DNA of 20,488 bases, taken from contig NW_021823973.1 in NCBI RefSeq assembly GCF_006345805.1, forward strand, positions 1 through 20,488, in the 5' to 3' direction. The notes beneath the pieces were generated by a model that searched no databases, was not told the DNA's origin, and saw nothing but the letters and a program-made list of their open reading frames with translations. How positions within the stretch are numbered: the stretch's first letter is position 1; every line of letters starts with the position of its first letter. Made by a program: the position numbers and the translations under genes. Positions 19,600-20,488 of this stretch are shown here, in pieces. Source of the stretch: Octopus sinensis (Eukaryota).

Positions 19600-20488
19600 G
19601 TGTTTGACGATAAAAAGAGGGCAATAGCCTCTGCGAAAATGTCCCCTGGTCGACTTTGTCACGCAATCACCCTGGATGAAACCCTACTAGCAATTAAAAG
19701 ATGCAAGTACAACGCACCGGGTTTTGATTACATACCCATCCGAGTCTTCAAAGAGGCCCCGATAAGCCTAGTCAAGATAACAACGATACTTTTCAATGCC
19801 AGTTGGGAGACTGGATACGTCCCGAATGCATGGAAGAAAACCGTGGTACGAATGATTCCAAAGGCAGGGAAACCTAAAGACCGTGCAGAAAATTTCCGAC
19901 CCATAAGTCTCATCTGCTCCATATCAAGAATCATGGAACGTATAATCTTTAACAGATTATCTATTCTCGTGGAGGGTCAGGTTACCTGGCTAAAGAACAA
20001 TGGGGTTTCCGACGTGGGAAGTCCTGTGGAAACTGCTTTGCCCAACTGGAAACGCAAATCTCGAGGGCCCTTACACACAAGATGGGGATGACAGCTGTTT
20101 GTCTGGACATTTCAAAGGCGTTCGACAGCGTTTGGCACCTAGGCCTCCTGGAAGGATCATCAGTATCCATCCGGGGCAAAGGACTGTCAAATGGCTAGAG
20201 AATTTCTTACACATGCGAAAGTCTTTTATCAGATGTGGTAACCGGACCTCGGATACAATCAATCTAAGGAGGGGAGTGCCCCAAGGGTCGGTCCTGAGCC
20301 CTCTACTTTTCAACTTATACGTTGCCGACATGCCGAAACCAGTAAATCCGGAGAGTCTACTAATTATCTATGCGGACGACATATTGGTTACAGATCTGTC
20401 GCGATCCAAGGACCTCTCTTGGAAAAGGCTGAGGGAATATATAGCGAGGGTTGAGTCTTGGGCTACGGAGAAAGCCCTCTCCTTAGCA
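19600..20488 (+). pseudogene. Non-LTR reverse transcriptase (Jockey/CR1/L2-like), 5'-truncated, continuing beyond the window
   Basis: APGFDYIP, IPKAGKP..NFRPISL, QWGFRRG, LDISKAFDSVWH, GVPQGSVLSPLLFNLY, YADD (20369-20380). Two -1 shifts in G/A runs (near 19975 and 20152); no stops in the repaired frame. Confidence 0.92.

Noticed and set aside
799-20331. Short antisense or overlapping ORFs (e.g. 799-1011, 948-1214, 3978-4289, 8159-8401, 10147-10530, 15098-15337, 16896-17189, 19728-20331)
   Set aside because: They are shadows of transposase or RT frames, with no motifs of their own.

Overview
AT-rich eukaryotic DNA that is almost entirely a nested transposable-element cluster. I found no host housekeeping gene, RNA gene or CRISPR array. 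Left to right: a nearly intact Ginger/KRBA2-type DDE integrase (-); a Buster/ZBED5-type hAT (1824-5366) carrying a Tigger/pogo remnant; SPIN/GTF2IRD2-like and pogo HTH scraps; an apparently full-length 3.1-kb CRE-like non-LTR retrotransposon (PHD finger + RT + restriction-like endonuclease, poly(A), imperfect TSD); a Merlin/IS1595-like transposase N-terminus split by a second Buster hAT with a perfect 8-bp TSD; an IS630/Tc1 HTH fragment; a SPIN-like hAT 3' end interrupted by a short CRE copy; a (TAA)n-tailed LINE end; another CRE fragment; a second Tigger; a core-deleted Ginger; and a Jockey/CR1-like RT running off the window. Most notable: (1) three ultra-short GT-AG segments (24, 30, 33 nt) inside transposase genes whose removal restores family motifs, implying tiny spliceosomal introns and a compact-intron host (e.g. 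myxozoan or microsporidian; taxon is inference only); (2) the CRE ORF is broken only by about 10 single-base indels, mostly at base runs, with no stop codons, so it may be intact in vivo; (3) two terminal repeats abut across a 2-nt spacer at 14900-14927, resembling a tandem or circle junction. All translations and family calls were done by eye from motifs, without database searches.
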